Shown here one piece after another: positions 63,029 through 64,000 of a DNA stretch of 64,000 nucleotides. A model generated the notes under the pieces. It was not told the DNA's origin and made no database searches. It worked only from the letters and a program-made list of their open reading frames with translations. How positions within the stretch are numbered: position 1 is the stretch's first letter; the number at the start of each line of letters is the position of its first letter. Made by a program: the position numbers and the translations under genes. The stretch is from Antedon mediterranea (Eukaryota > Animalia > Echinodermata), in NCBI RefSeq assembly GCF_964355755.1, contig NC_092673.1, forward strand, positions 3,782,001 through 3,846,000, read 5' to 3'.

Positions 63029-63249
63029 TTATAGTGATTTGTATAAATTTTGATTACAGTAGATAAAACATAGAATAATGTAATTCATTGATAATGTACT
63101 ACTGATGTTAAGCTATACAATGTATTTAATACGTTTTAAAGTTTAATAATGTACTTTACAAAATCCACATGTTTGCTGAGGTGTCTATGAACTAATAAAA
63201 GAAATAATATATAGATAAATAGATAAATTTGTTGTTACTTATTTCTTTA

Positions 63250-63432
63250 GTTGAACTGCAAGCAGGATTTGAACCTCCAACTTCTCACTATCAAGGCGAG
63301 GTTGCTAACTATTAATTACCCAAAATGCTCTACATAAATAAGAGTAGAGGAGTAACATATGATTTGAACCCAGGCTTCTGGTATTAATAAGCATGCAGCA
63401 TAACCACAAAGCTGCAATGCGCCACACTCCAA
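63250..63432 (-). mobile_element. Degenerate tRNA-derived SINE(s), family S-like
   Basis: Minus strand: GGAGTGTGG..GTGGTTATG..GGGTTCAAATC..TTTATGTAGAGCAT followed by a second B box GGTTCAAATCC. Confidence 0.5.
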
Positions 63433-64000
63433 TATTTCATTGAATCAATATAAAATCAAATCTTTGCTGTGATTGGCAAGTTGTTACGGTTCACTCCTGA
63501 AACTTAGGTTGACCCTGGTCTCCCCAATTTCAGTTTTTTTTTGTTATGTATATACTCAAATAGACCAAATAAATAATGAAATGAAAACCAAATCTTAAGC
63601 CAGACATTACTAATAAAAATACAAAATGACACTTTGTAACTCACTCACTAAAGTAAAGCTTTTTATTTTTAATTGCAAAACAGAAAAAAAAATCATTGAC
63701 AAAACTACGGACTTAAATATTATACTAAATTGTTATTACACGACTAGGAAATGTCTTTTAAAAATCATAAAATTATATTATTTAACAACCAAGGTAATTA
63801 TTCATTGGAATCATCTAACTTATTAACTAAAATATTCATTCTTAGATTCAAATGTTTAGAGCAAGTGAATATCTTTATTATGTTTTTAAATCAAAGTGCA
63901 AAATTAACTTCACATTTGCATAGACAATCTACTCCTAAGGCCTGGTCTACACTATGAAACTTTATGTGACAAAAAAATGTGATGTCATATCACTACCATA

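Noticed and set aside
1-64000. Autonomous transposase or reverse-transcriptase ORFs, and U12-type introns
   Set aside because: No DDE, Rep/Hel or RT motifs were seen, only non-autonomous elements and LINE 3' ends; no RTATCC-type donors in the three gene models.

Overview
AT-rich, intron-rich animal genomic DNA; the TAGGCCTA-rich tracts, Deu/Nin-like SINEs and gene content suggest a marine invertebrate, possibly an echinoderm (inference). There are no prokaryotic features or CRISPR arrays. Three spliced genes were reconstructed by hand with consistent splice phases. (1) NSMCE4A/Nse4, the SMC5/6 kleisin: + strand, 10 coding exons, 4100-11941, 303 aa. (2) A TTC31-related gene: - strand, 16 coding exons, 29867-17058, 695 aa, with the architecture J-domain(HPD)-acidic/Lys-rich coiled coil-3xTPR-UBA-like-RRM-CCCH finger and a GC-AG first intron. 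(3) PLEKHA1/2 (TAPP, tandem PH domains): + strand, 12 coding exons, 32425-60138, about 370 aa, head-to-head with gene 2. Introns and UTRs hold many non-autonomous DNA elements (PIF/Harbinger, Kolobok, piggyBac, Tc1/mariner, hAT and Merlin-like MITEs; Helentron-type HINEs), tRNA-derived SINEs, LINE 3' ends and tandem arrays. The largest array is a 2.9-kb 28/37-bp satellite that produces the spurious 800-1000 aa ORFs. The most interesting item is the chaperone/ubiquitin/RNA-binding multidomain protein, followed by the apparent ancient NSMCE4A-TTC31-PLEKHA1 linkage and candidate alternative PLEKHA exons. All homology calls come from motif recognition, not database searches.
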